Source: Styela clava
Taxonomy: Eukaryota
Direction: 5' to 3'
Length of the DNA: 64,000 nucleotides
Assembly: GCF_964204865.1 (NCBI RefSeq)
Contig: NC_135251.1
Location: 12,338,001-12,402,000, forward strand
The translations under genes were made by a program, and so were the position numbers. Shown one piece after another: positions 1-16,400 of this stretch. Each line of letters starts with the position of its first letter. Positions within the stretch are counted from its first letter, which is position 1. The notes under the pieces are model-generated. The model was not told the DNA's origin, searched no databases, and saw nothing but the letters and a program-made list of their open reading frames with translations.

Positions 1-1471
1 GGTCTTCATGAGCTGATTTTTAGGCTTTGGTTTCGTACAAGGCTAACGGAAAACATTCACCAATAGGTAGAAAACTAATGGTATAGCAAAGACGTTCCGT
101 GTTCGCACATAAAACTCACATAAAACTCCCAGTATTGCAGCTAGAGGGAGATTTGAACTCAGGTACTCTATAACTTTTGATGATATTTAATGTCTTATGT
201 AAAGTTGTATCTAAAATATTGCCAGGGCACGTTTACGGTAACATGGCCTTTTAATGGCAAACCTTTAACGCCTGATTTATATCTTGTATTCAAATTTTAT
301 GCATTCGTTTTGAAGAGTTTGCTATTTTTGTTAACTGGCGTGACCAAATTTCAAGAATTTTTGTTGAAAATGTAACAATTTGATTTTGCAACTGTCCAAT
401 GGCCACTAATATGCGATTTGCACCTAAAAAAGCATAATATTGTATTATTCTTGCAGATGGTTTTTAATTATAAAACTCATCTCGGAACGCATTTGCCGTT
501 TATCAAATTCTATTACTGCCTTTTATTATTGACAATTAGTCATCAATAATTTAGACTATACTAAATACCAGCTTAGAAAACTAACTATGAAAAAGTTGTA
601 AAAGTTCGTCCGTGCCTCAAAACTTTGAAACTTTTTTCCATGAAAAACTGGAGTATTTTACACATGAAAACATGTGGCACAAGCTTGGAGGGCCAGTAAA
701 TTCAGGTTAGTATTAATACATAGTGTGTAGTTCCCAAAGAAAACCACGAGAGGCAACAAATTGGAAACAGTTTGACAACAGAGTTTATATTTTATTCCCA
801 ACTTCCACAAATACAACTTTAGGTAAATTATGCAACACGTCATGCTTGGCCATATTCAAAAACATGGCCAGAACGCTTTGTCAAGCATGCGTCATAGATA
901 AATTGTTCAGTCACAAAGTGCATTATACAGAATAGTTTTTGGCGAGAAAATATTGAATTTTATAATCAGACAAATTCAATTTAATATTTATGAAATTGTA
1001 TTTAGGGATTAGAATTACATTGCAATTGGAATTTCCAAGGTTATTGATACTTTTGAAATTCGCCGAGATGCAGTTAGCAAAAATGAGGTATTTACATAAA
1101 ACATTGCAGTACACCATTGCCCTAACCAAAGGATCGCATGGGCTTCCTAGAATCAAACATACAACCTAATAGGACATTAAAATTGGAATTGGGCCAAATA
1201 TCCATCCATTCCCGAACGTTTAAGAAAAGTAGAAGTTCGAATTCGATAACTCTTAGTAAGCATTTTTTTCTTATTGCCGCGTTGTTCTAATTCCAGTATG
1301 GGAGTTAAGATTAAACTTTTATAATAAAAGTTTCACATTTAATGCACACACATGTATATTGCATTTGTGACGTCAAAGACTCCGTATATTTCGTGATAAA
1401 ACAAGGTTTTTATGCTGTTTCAACAGCAAATACTACGTAAAATATAAAAATGACAATTAGTGATATCTTAC

Positions 1472-4400
1472 CTCATAACCCATTTGAGTTAGAAATAAAT
1501 TCAAAACAGGAGGTTTCTCTCCAAAAAATTTTGCAAGTTTAACCATTCGTCGAGGCTGGGCTTTTGCATTGAGTGCCGACATTGCTGCAACCTCTGATTT
1601 GGAACGACTGGACGACGACGATTTTCTTGATGATGGCTTTCCCTGGGAACGTTCTTTACGAAGCTACAAAGTATTTAAGTGCGATAGTTTAATTAACTTG
1701 TAACACTGCTGGTCGGAGTAATGATTAGTGACACCGGGTCTGTTCGGAACTAACGAAACTTCTGTAGTGAATGGAAATTTCGTAGTTATCGTATTCAACA
1801 CATGGTTTTTGTTGGCTTTTGGCTTTTGTTCACAATCTTATTAAAATACAAGAAACGCGGTGATGCATGTGTGGAATCAGAGTCTTGATATTCGCTCAAT
1901 GTGTGGAGAAAGTATGGCAATTTCATAACATAGTTTACTCACGAACAAAAGTGACCAAAGACCTAATGATTGTCCCGGAACGAGCTGAATTATTTCTCCA
2001 AAAATCAAATGCGGGAACACTTGAGTCATGATGCTGGACTGTACATGTTACCAAAGTAACGACATAAGCGACAATGTCACTTCACAGAAGATTATTATTC
2101 ACTTATGGGAATTAGTAATTTACAAATAGATTGGAAAATTTTAAAACGCTATTCGCAATAACGTTACGACCGGCCTTGTGACATAAACACTTCCTACTTA
2201 TGTACTTACTTTAGTGTTTATGTTAGGTGATAACAATAAAACCAAAGTGTCAAAGGTGTGCACTTAAGATGTATATAAGACAAAAACAGGTGACAAAACA
2301 TGTGACTGGGGATATTAATTATTAAAACAAAAACATACATGCACCCATAGAGCCTAGAGGAGATGCACTTTATTGGGTACTCCCGTAGTATGTGTACCAA
2401 TTTAGGGTTAGGCCAAAATTTTATTCCGATTTCCCCCTATTTTAGTTCTATTACGAGTTCGGGGACTGTCTGTCTTAGCCAAGTGAATATACCCCCTGCC
2501 CATAGGTTTCAGTCCCTTTACACAACTTGATGTAAAGTGAACGAACAAAATTAGTTATCCCATATTGGTACACATACTTCTGGAGCGCCCTTTATTGTCA
2601 TCATAAAATTGACTTGTCAGGGATCTTAACACGAACCATTAATAAATTGCAGTATATAATAAGTCCATGCTTAAAAATACGAAACTACTTTTACAAGATG
2701 GCCCAGCGGTTAAAGCGTTGGACTAAATGTGTTGGCATCGCAGTATTCACATCTCGCGTTCAAATCCAATGCCCCCTATCTCACCCAGTGTGTAATAAAT
2801 TGGATAGGCAGTGCCGAACCCGAATTACTACAGGTGGTCGCCAGAAAAGCAGAAAATTTGGAGGGCAGACTAGATCACGAATAAGATGCGTGCTTACTCA
2901 TTTCTTTTCTCGAACCGTTTTAATTTCTTCTAGATTTTAGGTTGTTTTAGGTTCTACTAGGTTAAGACACTGCTCTGAAATGCACGGACGACGATGAGTG
3001 TAATATACCATGTATATGCCTTTGAAATACTTTGTAAAAGTTATTCTTTGTGGAAATAAATAGCTGTTTAACAAATTTTCTGTTTTCTAGCGGCCACTCT
3101 GTAGATATCAGTTGGTGTTTGGACAGTACCTCGTTTGGAGCCGAGGACGTGTAAAAAAAAAGCTCACCTCTTCAAGCTGTTCGCGTAATTCTTCTATATC
3201 ACGGGATGCGCTGTTCTGTTGCCTCATTTCTGATGATAATTGCGCCACACTTCGAGCCAGTGTAACAACGTGGGCTTCCAGACGAGAAAATCGTTTGTTG
3301 ACAGCTCTAAACATATTTCAAATTTTAGGATTATAAAATATATACATATATATTTGTTAGATATTCGAATAAAAAAATGAAAGTTATTTTGTTGGAAAAA
3401 ACATTCGAACTCACAAAACAGTATTTTAGTACGACGATCTATTTTGCTTGCATCAGAGTTGATGTGGTCATTGAAAGAAAATAATTCAGTCCCAGGAGAG
3501 ACTATAGTTTAACATATTACATTTGCAGCTTGGTTAAGTTATGTTTGGTTAAAATAGGCGTCATTAAATGCATAGCAAAGTTGAAATGGTACCGAAGAGA
3601 TCACTAATTAATAAAAATATTCAAAAGAAGAATTCAGATTGTAAACGGATTTGAGTCACACATTTTATTCATAATATGAATACGATTAGACAGACTAATC
3701 AACGAGAAATCTTGGTTTATCTGGTCAAATGTAACACATAGAATTTATTTTGGCGTTGACTAAGGATTTTGCTATAAAATCGATGAATCGAGGGTGACGC
3801 GTAATTTTTCGTCCATATTTAAATATTTTGAGTCAAAATCCGTCGGGCATTATGCTCTAAAGGTCACCTTGTAATGGAATCATGTCATATCTAATTATGT
3901 CCAGCTGATCAGATAACTAATAATTTTTATGTTGCTGGTTTCAAGATAGACTGACAAACCCATTAACAAAAGTTAACAGTGAACGACAAGAAAAGCCTTT
4001 GGGAATAAATTATGCAAAGACAATAAATTTAAAAAGACGCCGGGGACATCTATATAGTCGATACAAGATCAAGTCAGACCAAGAAAGGTTACGAGCGCTT
4101 TATAATATAAGAAAACGCACTAAAGTAACTGATATATCATAGTATATTGGGTACTCCTGAAGTATGGGTACCAAGATGACGGACACCGGAACGTAGTACG
4201 TGTACCAGGTTAAGGTTAAGCCATAATTTTATTCCAATTTTCCGTATTTCAGTTCTATCACGAGTTTAGGGACTGGCCAAGTGACTCCCGTAGTACTTGT
4301 ACCAGAAATCATAGCCTAACCCTAACCTGGTACACATACTACATTCCGGTGCTCGCCATCTTGGTTCACATACTTCGGGAGCGCCGGATATTGTTCATAC

Positions 4401-7400
4401 TGATTCTGGCAACAGTCACTTGAACACGCCATTAAAAATTACCCCGGTTTTGGACATAAATGAATCAGAGCAAAGAATTTTGTAATAACATTTCGTCACT
4501 CCATGTATTTTCGAATGGGTTTTCGAATGTTCAGTAGTACAAAATGGAGAACGCACAAAAACGTATGAAACGGTTCTAGACTCGAAACATTATACAAACA
4601 AATCTGTAGTTGAAATAATATGGCGAAATGAATATTTGTTATACTTTAAGGGCTCTAATACCATTTCTAATTTGACATATACAACGAATGTGATGTTTTG
4701 AAGCTTCGTCAGTCTCCGGTACTCCATATTATAAATGAATTCACCAATCATAAGAAAATAGTGATGTGCTATGAGAATCAAAACTGAAACTGAAATCTTT
4801 CATCGGTGATTTTGAGTGAACTAATGAAACATTATTCAAATTTCTATACGACAAGGTAGGGCTTTACCTAACTTCTTTTGCGTATGATTTATCTAAAATT
4901 CCACCGTTGCCATGGTGTCGTCGATGATGACGTTTTCCTTTTCTCAAAATACTGCTTGTAACAGAAGCGCTTGTGAACGATCTTACACTCGATGTTTCTT
5001 CAACGTCATTTGGCTCTTTAGCGCCGCCACCGTCACCAGACCTGTGAAGTAAATATGTTCATTCGCAATAAATCCACAAATAGGATTATGGTTTTTGTGT
5101 TGTTACCAAAATTAGGGAAGTGGTTCATAACCTTTTCAGTGCTATGAAAACTTTTTTTATTGAACTTCCATAAAGTGGTGGATTCCTTTAAATTTACAAG
5201 CGGTTTCTACTAGCAAGTTGATTAAAAGTTTGGACTCAGACACTTAGAACAAATAAACGGGGTAGGAATATATCTTATTTCAGCGGTTCAGGACATGCTG
5301 GTTGCCCCGAACAACAAAATGCCGGTCAATAATGCCATAATATTGTTGCACGAAAATAGTCGCTGGAAAAGAAGAATTCAAATATGGTGAATGTAAAATC
5401 TTACTCGAGGTTCATTATTAACTGCAGATATTTGTAGGGAAAATCAAAATTTTAACGAATTTATTGTAAAAATGCGTCAGAGCCAACAAAGTATTTACCT
5501 ATAAAATGCTGGGAACCTTCCCAATCTCTGCTTCTGTTTTGTTATTGCTTCTGTTCCCTCTATGTCGTCATAATAAGTAAATTCTTGCGAGTGTTTATGT
5601 TGATGTACTTTTTTATTTTTGCCGTGACGACTGCTTCGTTTACCAACGCGATGTCTTCGACCATGCGTAATCGCTACCCGACGCTCATCGCAAGATGACG
5701 CTCGGGAGCTTTGGCGTGTAACATATCGGCCCTGAACTTGGCAGTTTGTTATCTTAGTGGTGACTTTTACAGCGGGATTTTTTGTTGCTATCACAGCCTT
5801 TGTTTTATCACGTGTCTCAGCCAATGCACTTTCCGTAGGCGATAGTTCTTGGTGATCATGACTTTCTCCGCTGGCTCCGCTGTATTTTCCACTGTCTTCT
5901 GCAAAAAGGAGTTAAGTTGAAACAAAGAGGAACATATCGACAAGTATGCTCAAAATAACTGATCATTCACATAACTTGCGCGTAGCAATGTTGTTAATTA
6001 AGTTTGACCATAAATTACGATTGTTTTAAATTTTAAATGTTGGACTATTCTTTTCATGAATATTGTTTCAGATGCACAGTTTTTGGTACTTCAGTAGTGT
6101 GTGTACCAGTTTGGGGTTAGGACCTAATTTTAGTCTGATTTTTCTTATTTTAGCTCTATTAGGAGTTTGGATCTGCCAGTATTATCCAAGTAAATATACC
6201 CATTGGTTTCAGTCCATTCACGCAACTTATGTAAAGTAAGCGAACAAAATTAGTTACCTCCATATTGATACACACAATTCGGTAGCGCCCATTTTTTAGA
6301 TTTGGTTACTGTTTACCTGACTAAGACACTCACAAGCAGCAAATGTGTATAAAACAATTTTCACTTGAATATATTTCAACATTTTCAAGTCTACACTTAC
6401 TCTACTTTTGAATTATTCTAGCTTGTACATTGTACCTTGAAAATATATTGCATTTTTTCATATGCCCCACAGGCATTCGTATGAATATATTTATATATAT
6501 ATATATATATATACCTGAAATCTTTCCTTTAGAGTTCTCCGTTAACTTTTTTTTCATGAGATTTTCATAACTAGGCAAGCATGAAACTTCATTATGGAAT
6601 TTACGAGGCGATTTGTCCTGCTGAGAAGATTTCATGGCGATATGAGGTTCGCTGTTCCTCGGTGTACTTTCTTCGTCGGATTCGTCAGGAGAAAGGGGCG
6701 GTAACGTTGGGGTACTGGAGCGTGACCAAACGGTCTCGCGATGTGATTGGTCAAGATTTGAATCTATCTTTGACTGACGTTGTTTTTGTGCTTTTAATGA
6801 AATTTCATCATCAGATTCGCTTATAACTGAAGAATCAAAGTCAAAAACAGAAGCCTCAGCGTCTAGAATAGCACCACTGTCACGATCATCACTTTTCCGC
6901 GATTCCCGCTCATCATCTAGCGGATCTTGATTTCTAGCATGGTTTTTCAAAGAGCTGTCCCTACTGGGTATTGTAGGTGAAGTTACAGTCCGACTAGACC
7001 GTTTTGCAGGTGTTGGTACAGAGTTTTCAGATGACATTGAAGTCAGTGATGACACTTTAAGGCCACAATGCTCTATACTTTCTACAGTATTCTGCGCAGG
7101 AGGTCTAGTATAAGCCGGTGACGGCGGTTCCGTATATTGTATAGGCTTTGCTTTGCGTTCAACAGTATTATATGATTTAGTAGGGGATACCTTTCGAGGC
7201 AGACTTCCCTTTTCATGATTTGAAATATCAATACCTTTAGTTTTAGGCGGCAAAGACAGTGTAGGAGCCGTGGCTGTCTTTCGAAATCGGAAAACTGGTT
7301 TTTCATGTTGATCAGAATTTCCTATTGTATTTAAAACATCCGTACCAGACGCTGGTAAACTTGACTTTGAATATTCCAATGTTTTTCGTGCGGTTCCGGG

Positions 7401-10400
7401 TTCAGGGGTTCTTGATTCAGGTCTGTTTCTGAACATCATCCACTCAGGTGCGCCGTCTTTAATTTCACTTGTCGGTGATTGTAGTGGTAAAGTCGTAGCA
7501 CGACCGGGACTCGGTGCTGGACGTTGGTTCCAAATAGCTTGATTATATGCCCCAGTTGGGGTTCTCCGTCCCATCGGTGTGCTAGAACTAGCGGGATCTA
7601 CATACAGTTGAGTAGTAGAAACTGGCTGATCCTGAAAATCACAAGTGAGTTAGATTCTTATTACATAACAAACAGTTTGTAAATTGTAGTATCGTCGTGT
7701 TATTGATTTCATGTGATCTATATAATAGAAGTCACTGAGCAAAAGAAAACACTATAATTTTCTTTTAATTGATTTTGATTCAATACTGTTATTACTGCCT
7801 TTCCTCTACCACTTAGGCAGACATACCATTTTTTCGGTTGTGATGGCTCAGCCTAATCAAATGTACCGTACCGGCACTCATTGCACGATATCCAATAATT
7901 ATTTATCAACATGTAGCATAGAGAAAATTGTTTACAAACTAACAAATAATTTTCAACAATAACAATAAAAGCTTTCTTTCTATGTTTGAAAACAGCGACT
8001 TTTCTTTAAAATGTTCATACCGACATTCGATAATCGAGTATAATTAGCGGATTTCAAGAGATCGCTTTCTTTCAATGCAGGCTATGTGTCGCCTACTATT
8101 GCGTATTCTTCACTGGAGGAAAGGAATAATATTCGGTGTGTTAATGCGAAACATAGACTATTATAACCTGTATTCGATTTCTACTTCACATATCATACCT
8201 AAAAATTTATACAATCTTGAAAACCAAATCACATTAAACATCGATAGCTGTAATATTGTGCTCTATATATATGCTAATGTGACCAAGATTAATTTTTATT
8301 AAATAACTTTTGATAAAATTTACCCAATTTATCATACGAATTCAAGGCAATAATATAAAAAAGTACTCCCGTAGTGTGTGTACCAGGTTAAAGTTAGGCC
8401 ATAATTTTATTCCAATTTTTTTTTATTTCAGTTCTATTACGAGTATTACTTGATGTAAAATAGGCGAACAAAATTAGTTACCTCCATATTGGTACATACA
8501 CTTCTGGAGCGTCAATAAAAGAATAATAAATACAATTACCTGCTGTTGCTTGTTAGTGTGATCAGGAACTACATTCCAGTTTTCGTCGTAGAAAGATGCA
8601 GGAACCGCACTGACACATCGACGTTGGCGTGCTGTCAAAGCTTCGGTTTGCGTACGACGCACAAATGGAGCAGGTGATTTTGACGTCGCCCTCGAAGTTG
8701 CAATCTAAGTAACATTAATATTATGTATGGTCTTGTTACTTCAAATAAAAAGAATTTACAATTCTCCAATGCCTTCAATGTCACGATCTAAAACAAATAG
8801 TACAGTAAGAAAATATAATATTTTTATAAATCCACTGTTTATTTATGGCGCTCCAGAAGTGTATGTACCAATTTGGAGGTAAGTAATTTTGTTCGCTTAC
8901 TTTACATCAAGCTGTGTAAAGAGACTGAAACTTATGGGTAGGGGGTATATTCATTTAGCTAACACAGACAATCCCCAAACTCGTAATAGAACTAAAATGA
9001 GGGAAATCGGGATAAACTTATGCTCTAATGAGTCTAAATCCTATCCTGGTACACACAATACGGCAATACCCATTTTTTTAGATATAAATATATTATAGAC
9101 CACAAAAACAATTCGATATAAATCAATCAATGGGCAGAAAGGCATTTACATCAAAATCGATATATAAAAAAGCATAATATACCGGATTGGATCTTTCATG
9201 ACTTGGCATTCTATCGCTCGACGATGAACGTGTTCGCCTGGTAATTGATGTCGGTTGATTCTTCAAATCTTCATCGCCCGTTGTTCGGTTCAGTCTTTCC
9301 CTCATTTTTGATTCAGCAATACGAGGAGAGTAGGATCCCTGGCAACCTTTACTTCCTAGTTCGTACGTTGGAGGTTTTTGAAAAGTATTTTTCTGTAAGG
9401 CAAGATTTTAAAATATGAAGGATATGAGAAATGAACTACCTATAAAATAGATAAAAGTTTAGGTATCTTTTTCAGGGAAATAAGTGTAAATATTAATTTT
9501 CGAACAAATCTATGTAAAATCCGACATTTAAACTTGTCTACTGTAATAGTGCGTTACTTAAACCAGTATTAAACTAGTATTGCCTGTTTTGCCCAAATGA
9601 ACTTCCTGAACAAGCTAAGTATGCATTCGTATTGAGATATTGTGTAGGGATGCAGCGGCAGCAATAAACATGACTCTTCTAAATGGCTCATTTATTAGGC
9701 GCTGCTGTTTGTAGAATATATTTTACCAATATTCTTGCCAGCAAAAAAATGGAATATTTGGAAAAATTATAAACTTCAGTGCTGAGTGAAAATCAATAAT
9801 CAATATATACACTCGGAATAGCGTCTTTTATTTGGCAAAACTGGTGACCCCCAGACAGATCTGACTGTTTATTTTTAAGGAGTGTTTAACGTTAAAAATT
9901 CCAATTTTTGCTAAAAATTCATTCAACCTCCAAACCTTGTGATGTTTCTAACATTTTTGACTAATAGAGTCATCGCTATATCTTGGACAGCAGTACCTAT
10001 ATTAAACGTGTCACGAAATGTTCAAAGTTCGACCCTTGAAAAGTTATCTATCCATGTCAAGTCTGGCAGTCGCGGGTACTTGTACTGAAAAACCCTACCT
10101 ATTCCATTCAAGTAAAAAAGAAAATTAAAAAAAACGTCTCTAAAAACATCTGAAAAAAAAACAATTTCTGTGTGCATATAGAAATTTCCTAAACTGACCT
10201 GTATTTCAACCGACTTTCAATCAAAAAAACTATAATTTAACCAAAAAAAAAATTGAGCTGAGCAAAACCACTACTCTCAACTCTTAACAGCTATGTTAAC
10301 AGTGTACATTACACTTCAAAGGATCTGTCCAATACAACAAGCAAACGTGTTTAGGAAAGTGGCGACCTAGCGTCTCGAACGACAAACACAATTATACGAA

Positions 10401-13400
10401 ACGTGGAGAAAAATCACGAACATTGGCGTTAATATGGCGCAATTTGTCTGAAATTTCTAACTAAACTACATAATTCTTAGGCTGTGAGAATTAATTGTAC
10501 ACTTTCTGTATTTTAATTGCCCTGAATAATGAATAGTCAAGATGATATCGTAGAATAATAAAGCGTAAAGAAATGTCGAAAGTATCATTTTTATCCAGTC
10601 TAGAGACGCACATATAGAGTTTATTATTTCAGTTTTACGCATGGCCAAAGAAGATCCTACTATTGAGTAGGCAGTGCGTTTTGTTATATATTGTGTCGTA
10701 ATAATACAATAGGCAAAACAATAAAAAGAATAAATTGATTAAGACAAAGCACGTTCACAATTCTGTTCCATGGTAGTGTTTTCCATGAATGAAACCTTAA
10801 CCGAGCTGGATCAGGCACGGCCCGAATTTCGAAAACACTGATACATCTATGGTCCAAGTTAGATCAACAACACATGTGAATAAATTTAAAAGGGGGAATG
10901 AAATACAAAAGCTATGGGCGGTGAATGAATTTACGATTTACAATAGGAAGGCTGAATTAATTAATCCTTCAGATAAAAACAAAACACTGAATGAATGAAT
11001 CAAAGACTTGATTGGAGTCTACTAAAAAGACAATAGCATGTTTCCAAGCCTAAGACTCGCAGTTTGAAGTGGTTAACTCAGAGTGGACCTTGAAACAAAT
11101 AAATTTCACTGATTAAATGTGATTCATTTAGGACTCTGTGGGTCATTGAATGGGGCAGTTGGTGATAAATCATGTCCGCGTGGGTTTCCCAACTTCGGTC
11201 TTTGTGGCATGATCGCTAAGTTCCGTATAATACAATCTAACCAAACACAACGCACTAATGTATTAACTAGAAGAGTTGGAACAGGCACATCCTGAAGTAC
11301 TCAAAATTGCTAAATTAATTACAATTGTCTTAGTAAGTATCGCGTTGGTCTATTCACGGTTGTGGCAGGTTAGGACTAGCGCTGGTTATTAATCTGGCGT
11401 ATTGCTTGTGAATCGAATGAAATTGAACTTGAGAATAAGACAGGTGTGATTACAAATTACGGCCCGCGGGTGTAAATAAACTCTTTTTTATTCATATTTT
11501 CATATTAGGTTTTGAGCCTCCGGCCCAGTAACCAAGTTTATAATTTGTAACTGGCCCACTCAGAAAATAATTGCCCACCCTGGAAAAAGATATATAGGAT
11601 AGATATAAAACTTCAGGTACATGTAGTAAAACACTAAGCAACATCTACCATCTCAAACTGAATATCTCTATCATTCAGAGTGTGCTGTGGAAATGAACTA
11701 AAATTGGTGCAAACTGGACGAGGAACATTACCTCAGCAATGTCACGACATAAAAAAAATTGAGGATTAAGTCGAAATTTACAATAATGAAATGCAAATTT
11801 ATGTATCCTGACACCTCCCACACGGTTTTGTCCATCAGGTACCAAAAAGCGAAACATATTTTCCGCTTAACCGAAACAACAGCTGTGTGATCTTGAGACA
11901 GTAATTTAGGACTTCCGATATCGAGTATTATTTAAGGTGATATCAGGCATAAAAGTTGATAATCAATAGAAAATTACCTTCGGATTTGAAGTGGATTGGC
12001 CTTCTGTTCCTTCCGTGTCGCTATTTAATAGATTTTTTAATCTTTCTTCGATTGTTGGGGCGTTCTTTGCCTGAAATTAATCAATACAAATGAATGTCAC
12101 GCATTTAAAACAAAAATAAAATGCTTGATGTCATAAATTTGAAAGATCTATCATAAAAAAAATTATATTGTTCAATCTTTTTCACATAATTTCTCGCTAA
12201 TCTCAGATTTCAATTTTATTCAAATCTCAAATTTGCTTTAATTTGCTGTACAATTATAATTTGAACAATACTTCACATGTCACATGTTGTGTTACCTTTA
12301 TTTTAATTTAATTACTTTTTCTAAACTTAATAACTGAAATTACGAGTTTTTAAGTCCTATTCTACTTCCCTTTCGAGGAGCCAGTTCTTGATAGCCAGTT
12401 CATAGATAGTAAAATTTACAGCAATTACATGTTGAAATTCCAAATTTGAATCAAAACCAACAAAACAGATGAAATAAATACTAATTAGAAGTAAATATAT
12501 GAGAAATAGATTGAAAAAAAAACATAATTGACAGAAAAATCCTAGCTATTTCACGTTAAAGAAGCGAAATTCAAGCGATTAAAATAAAACTCCCGATTTT
12601 ATTGTTCTGACTATATTTCAACAGATACTATTTCTTACATTTCTCCTATCGTTAAAGAAGGTAAACAGCCTCAATTTCTTCGTCTTCCCGTCGCCTTTCG
12701 TCTTCATGGTGACGCTGAAACCTTATACCTAACACAGACTAGAATCTAAAACCACAAGGAATCCCCTATGTATCGTTTCACTGTCAAATATCACATAGAA
12801 AAACAACTTTTGAAATCAACATCGACCCCAAAATAACCTATTATTGTTTCGAGTCATGTTCATATAGCAAAGATGTCACATCTGATACGATGCAAACGAT
12901 AAATATATTTCGGGAATAAAACGGAAATATTCAAAAGTCAACAAAAGACACAGCTAAAAAAGCATCCAATATTACTATTGGCAAATGATTGTCTTTAATC
13001 AGCCTCCAAAATACTCAAAATGTGAATATAATTTTAAGTTTATGTTGTCATCGTTCAACATGAGTCTTGAACTCCTAAACTTTAGTATTCGTATAAACCT
13101 ATATAAGTAACTTAATATCTGGCAACCTTGATTCTCATCCTCCCATCTCTTTATCATAACTAGATCGAACTATACTCAAACACAAAATAAAAAACATTTA
13201 CGTATACGACCCAAAACGTCAGGCTTTCGTCAACAGAGGCTAACAAAATAATCTTTCGCTAAATTGAAGTCATTTGTATACATAAACCGATAATTGCCAC
13301 AATAACTTTCTATGATATCACCCTATCGACCACAATAACACAAACCAAACGAAAGTCAATTTAATCTGAGCAAGTCCAGACTGGAATTGTAACATCAACT

Positions 13401-16400
13401 TGGATGAAATTCCATCCATTATGTCAGTGTATAGACGGCCAAGTATGGGACAGTATGCACGTTTTATCTTTGGCAAGGTATCGTCAAGGGATATTTCTTA
13501 CTTAAACTGTTAATCCGTTATCTCTGGAATCACAAGGTACTCGAGTATTTGTCCCTCCTAATTTTTACCCGTTCAATTCATCTGTATGCACGGGTAGAAA
13601 CGCCGAGTGTCGAATTAAGACACTTATGCTTGAAGTTTTGAATTACTTCAAGAGTTCTTTCATGAGCAAAATGAAAAAATAAATAAAAATGAAATGAGGA
13701 CTCAGATACTCAGTGCTCGCCTGCGCGGTAGGCAGTTTCTATATATAGATAGTCTGGGTTGATATTCGACTTAGGACCAAGTTAGTACAATCAGTGAAAT
13801 TCAAATGTTAAAAACGGTCCGTGATTGGTCGAGCGTGGCATGACGTCAAAAGTTTACCGGGGGAAACATTATCCAACGTTCTCCGTGGTTCACAGAAGCT
13901 ATGTGTTATCTGCGTCCTGACTCATGTTCGCATTTTCAGAAATTAAAACAAAAATATTGCAAAAAAATAAGAGAAAATTAATTTGTGCAAAACGGAAAAA
14001 TATTTGGCGGTAACCAACGGGTGTGATATTTGAGATTGCGATTTGAGAATGTCAAATTTTTTGAATATCGCCATTTTGTGCAAAGAAAATGTGCATTCCG
14101 TTCACGTAAAGAAAAACAATGCGTACACTGTACTAAAAGACATCGGATATAAAATGGTTTGCAACCTTACATTCGAAAAGCTGGTGAATTTACTTCTTAC
14201 CTTTTATAATTTTGTACTTGAACTTATCTAGATTTCAATTTTGACTACGTTTCTTTAGATATTCACATACCGATATATATAAGACATTAATGGTATATTT
14301 ATGCTAGTTTTATGTTTTGTGCATATATGATGCTAACCATTTAAAGGCTAGTTGAAGATTATATTGATATTTGTATATTTCTATCATTTATCCGAGTTGT
14401 AGTGGAAGATTTAACACTGACAAGAATACAAAGGAACTGTTATGTCTAGTTTCCACCATACAAATTATATTTTGCCATAAACCCGTCAACTTCCAGACAA
14501 ACTTTAGTCTCATAGACAAGTGCTTGTCCATCAGGATAAAGCTTGCACCTTTAGTTAGTACGATTATATAAGATAACTCTTTCTTGTAATCGCTATTTTT
14601 GTAGTATGAAACAACTAAGATAGACTTCACTTTGAAACCCGCTTTAACAGTACTGCTTGACAACTTGAAACAAAACTAATATCCAATATACTGCCACATA
14701 AATGCTATACCCTCAATGACTTATGAAGTCTTTGTCTTTAACTAGAACCCGCATTTTGTACCTTACATTCAGCACATACTTGACTCCGCTTATAGCAATA
14801 GCAGGTCTAAATTGCTTTTTCCGTTGGTTATCGAATAAATCTGACTTAATTACACCTTATACGGTGCGGTTTAACGAGCGCAAAATGGTGTTCAAGGTAC
14901 TTAGCCTTAGAATAAAGTACACTTAATATAACACTAACAAAGACCGATACTACACTCATCTGGTTAATTAATTGATCGACGAAAAAACGAGGCCGCGGTC
15001 ACTCTTGGTCGTTGTACAACGATCCCACTTGACATACCGTTTCCGCAATTTCGGGTACTCTTAGTAGCCAATCACAAGAAATATCAAAAAGCTTTATAGA
15101 AATTAACCAATGTTATGATTGGCTCAATAAACTATCAATATTAAAGATAACATCATAAAAAAGTTTTATGAGCATTTTGTTATTTTTCAATGTAGAATCT
15201 ATGAATAATTTAAAATTTAATTTAAAAAAGATAAATTGGCAAACTATTCACATGTTTCAAACTAGGCTTATTCAGTAATGAAATGTAGCCCAATATCTCC
15301 AAAAGAACAACAAAATTTGGCAAAATTTCATCGTGTTATTCTTTGAACTAAAATTTGCTATTTATGATGGTAGATCCGTTTGAAGGTTGTATAAACTGAG
15401 AGCATTATTAGATATTTTTATAATTACAGCATAGAAAATTTCACACATTTTATACATTCTGCACTTACATTTATAATTTAGATTTCTAACACGCGGCAAA
15501 CACCTTCGCCGGTCGCTTCTTTACAATTTTAAAACCGCTAACATGAATTTTAATTAGTGTAGTTGCAAACTAACTAACTAGAAAAGTTACTTCAATTTAA
15601 GCAGTGATTATAGGAAATAATGCAAACCTATAAAATAGTTTGTAAATTTAGCTAAAATCAGGAATTTTACAAATGACAGAAGCATCGAGTGATCATACAT
15701 AAATGTCCAAAAATGAAACTAAACTAAGATGTTTTGAGCTTTCTGTTATCCCAGAATATCTAATATAATATTAAATGTAATATTATCAATATTTAACTAA
15801 ATTCTGACTAATCTGTTTAAATTGTATTGCAAAATACACTGTTTGTTTTTTATGGCTCACATAACTTTATAATTCCATGTTACGGGTAAAAAGCCTTTAT
15901 TGCGGAATATACAACCTCAACCCCTAACTCTGAAATAAAATACTTCTGATCTGGTCTGCTTCTAACCGATCGAAAAACAAGACGAACGTTTCACGTTTCA
16001 GCAAAAATATCTCAAGTACTTACACCAAATCCGGCATTAGTATGACTTGAGACGATAAAATTTTATCCCCAAAATTACATCAAGATATCAGTAAAGACAA
16101 AATAAATCGATAATACATTATGGGCAATTGCGCACGAGTCGATTGTTTAAAACTTAATCGGCCTAATGTTTCGGCGATTATTGTATTTCGACAACGTAAA
16201 TCGAGCGATTTTATCCCTGATTACAAGGCTAATAGCCAAATTGAATATGATTTGACCGCATTTTGACTCTGAAGTCTTTGCACTAATAAAAATAATCGTA
16301 TATTCACGATAAGTCATAACAATTGAAAAAAATAAATTTAATTTACTGAAATTTTATTGTTACTCGTCTAGTTATAAAAATCATTTTATTTAAGGTTATT

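Noticed and set aside
190-1156. Short ORFs as possible terminal SAM exons
   Set aside because: No SAM-like continuation with usable splice sites was found; the remaining exons probably lie before position 1.
3415-3475. Possible extra exon (NDHINSDASKIDRRTKILF) with a gtgagt donor
   Set aside because: Its phase is incompatible with the strong 3306 acceptor, and exon 5041-4868 already joins 3306-3168 in frame.
6402-7574. 390-aa ORF as a stand-alone gene
   Set aside because: It is one internal exon (7631-6515); the ORF tail runs into an intronic (TA)n tract.
14340-14930. Overlapping ORFs or a possible rRNA/organelle-derived fragment
   Set aside because: No recognisable protein or rRNA motifs and no consistent splice sites.
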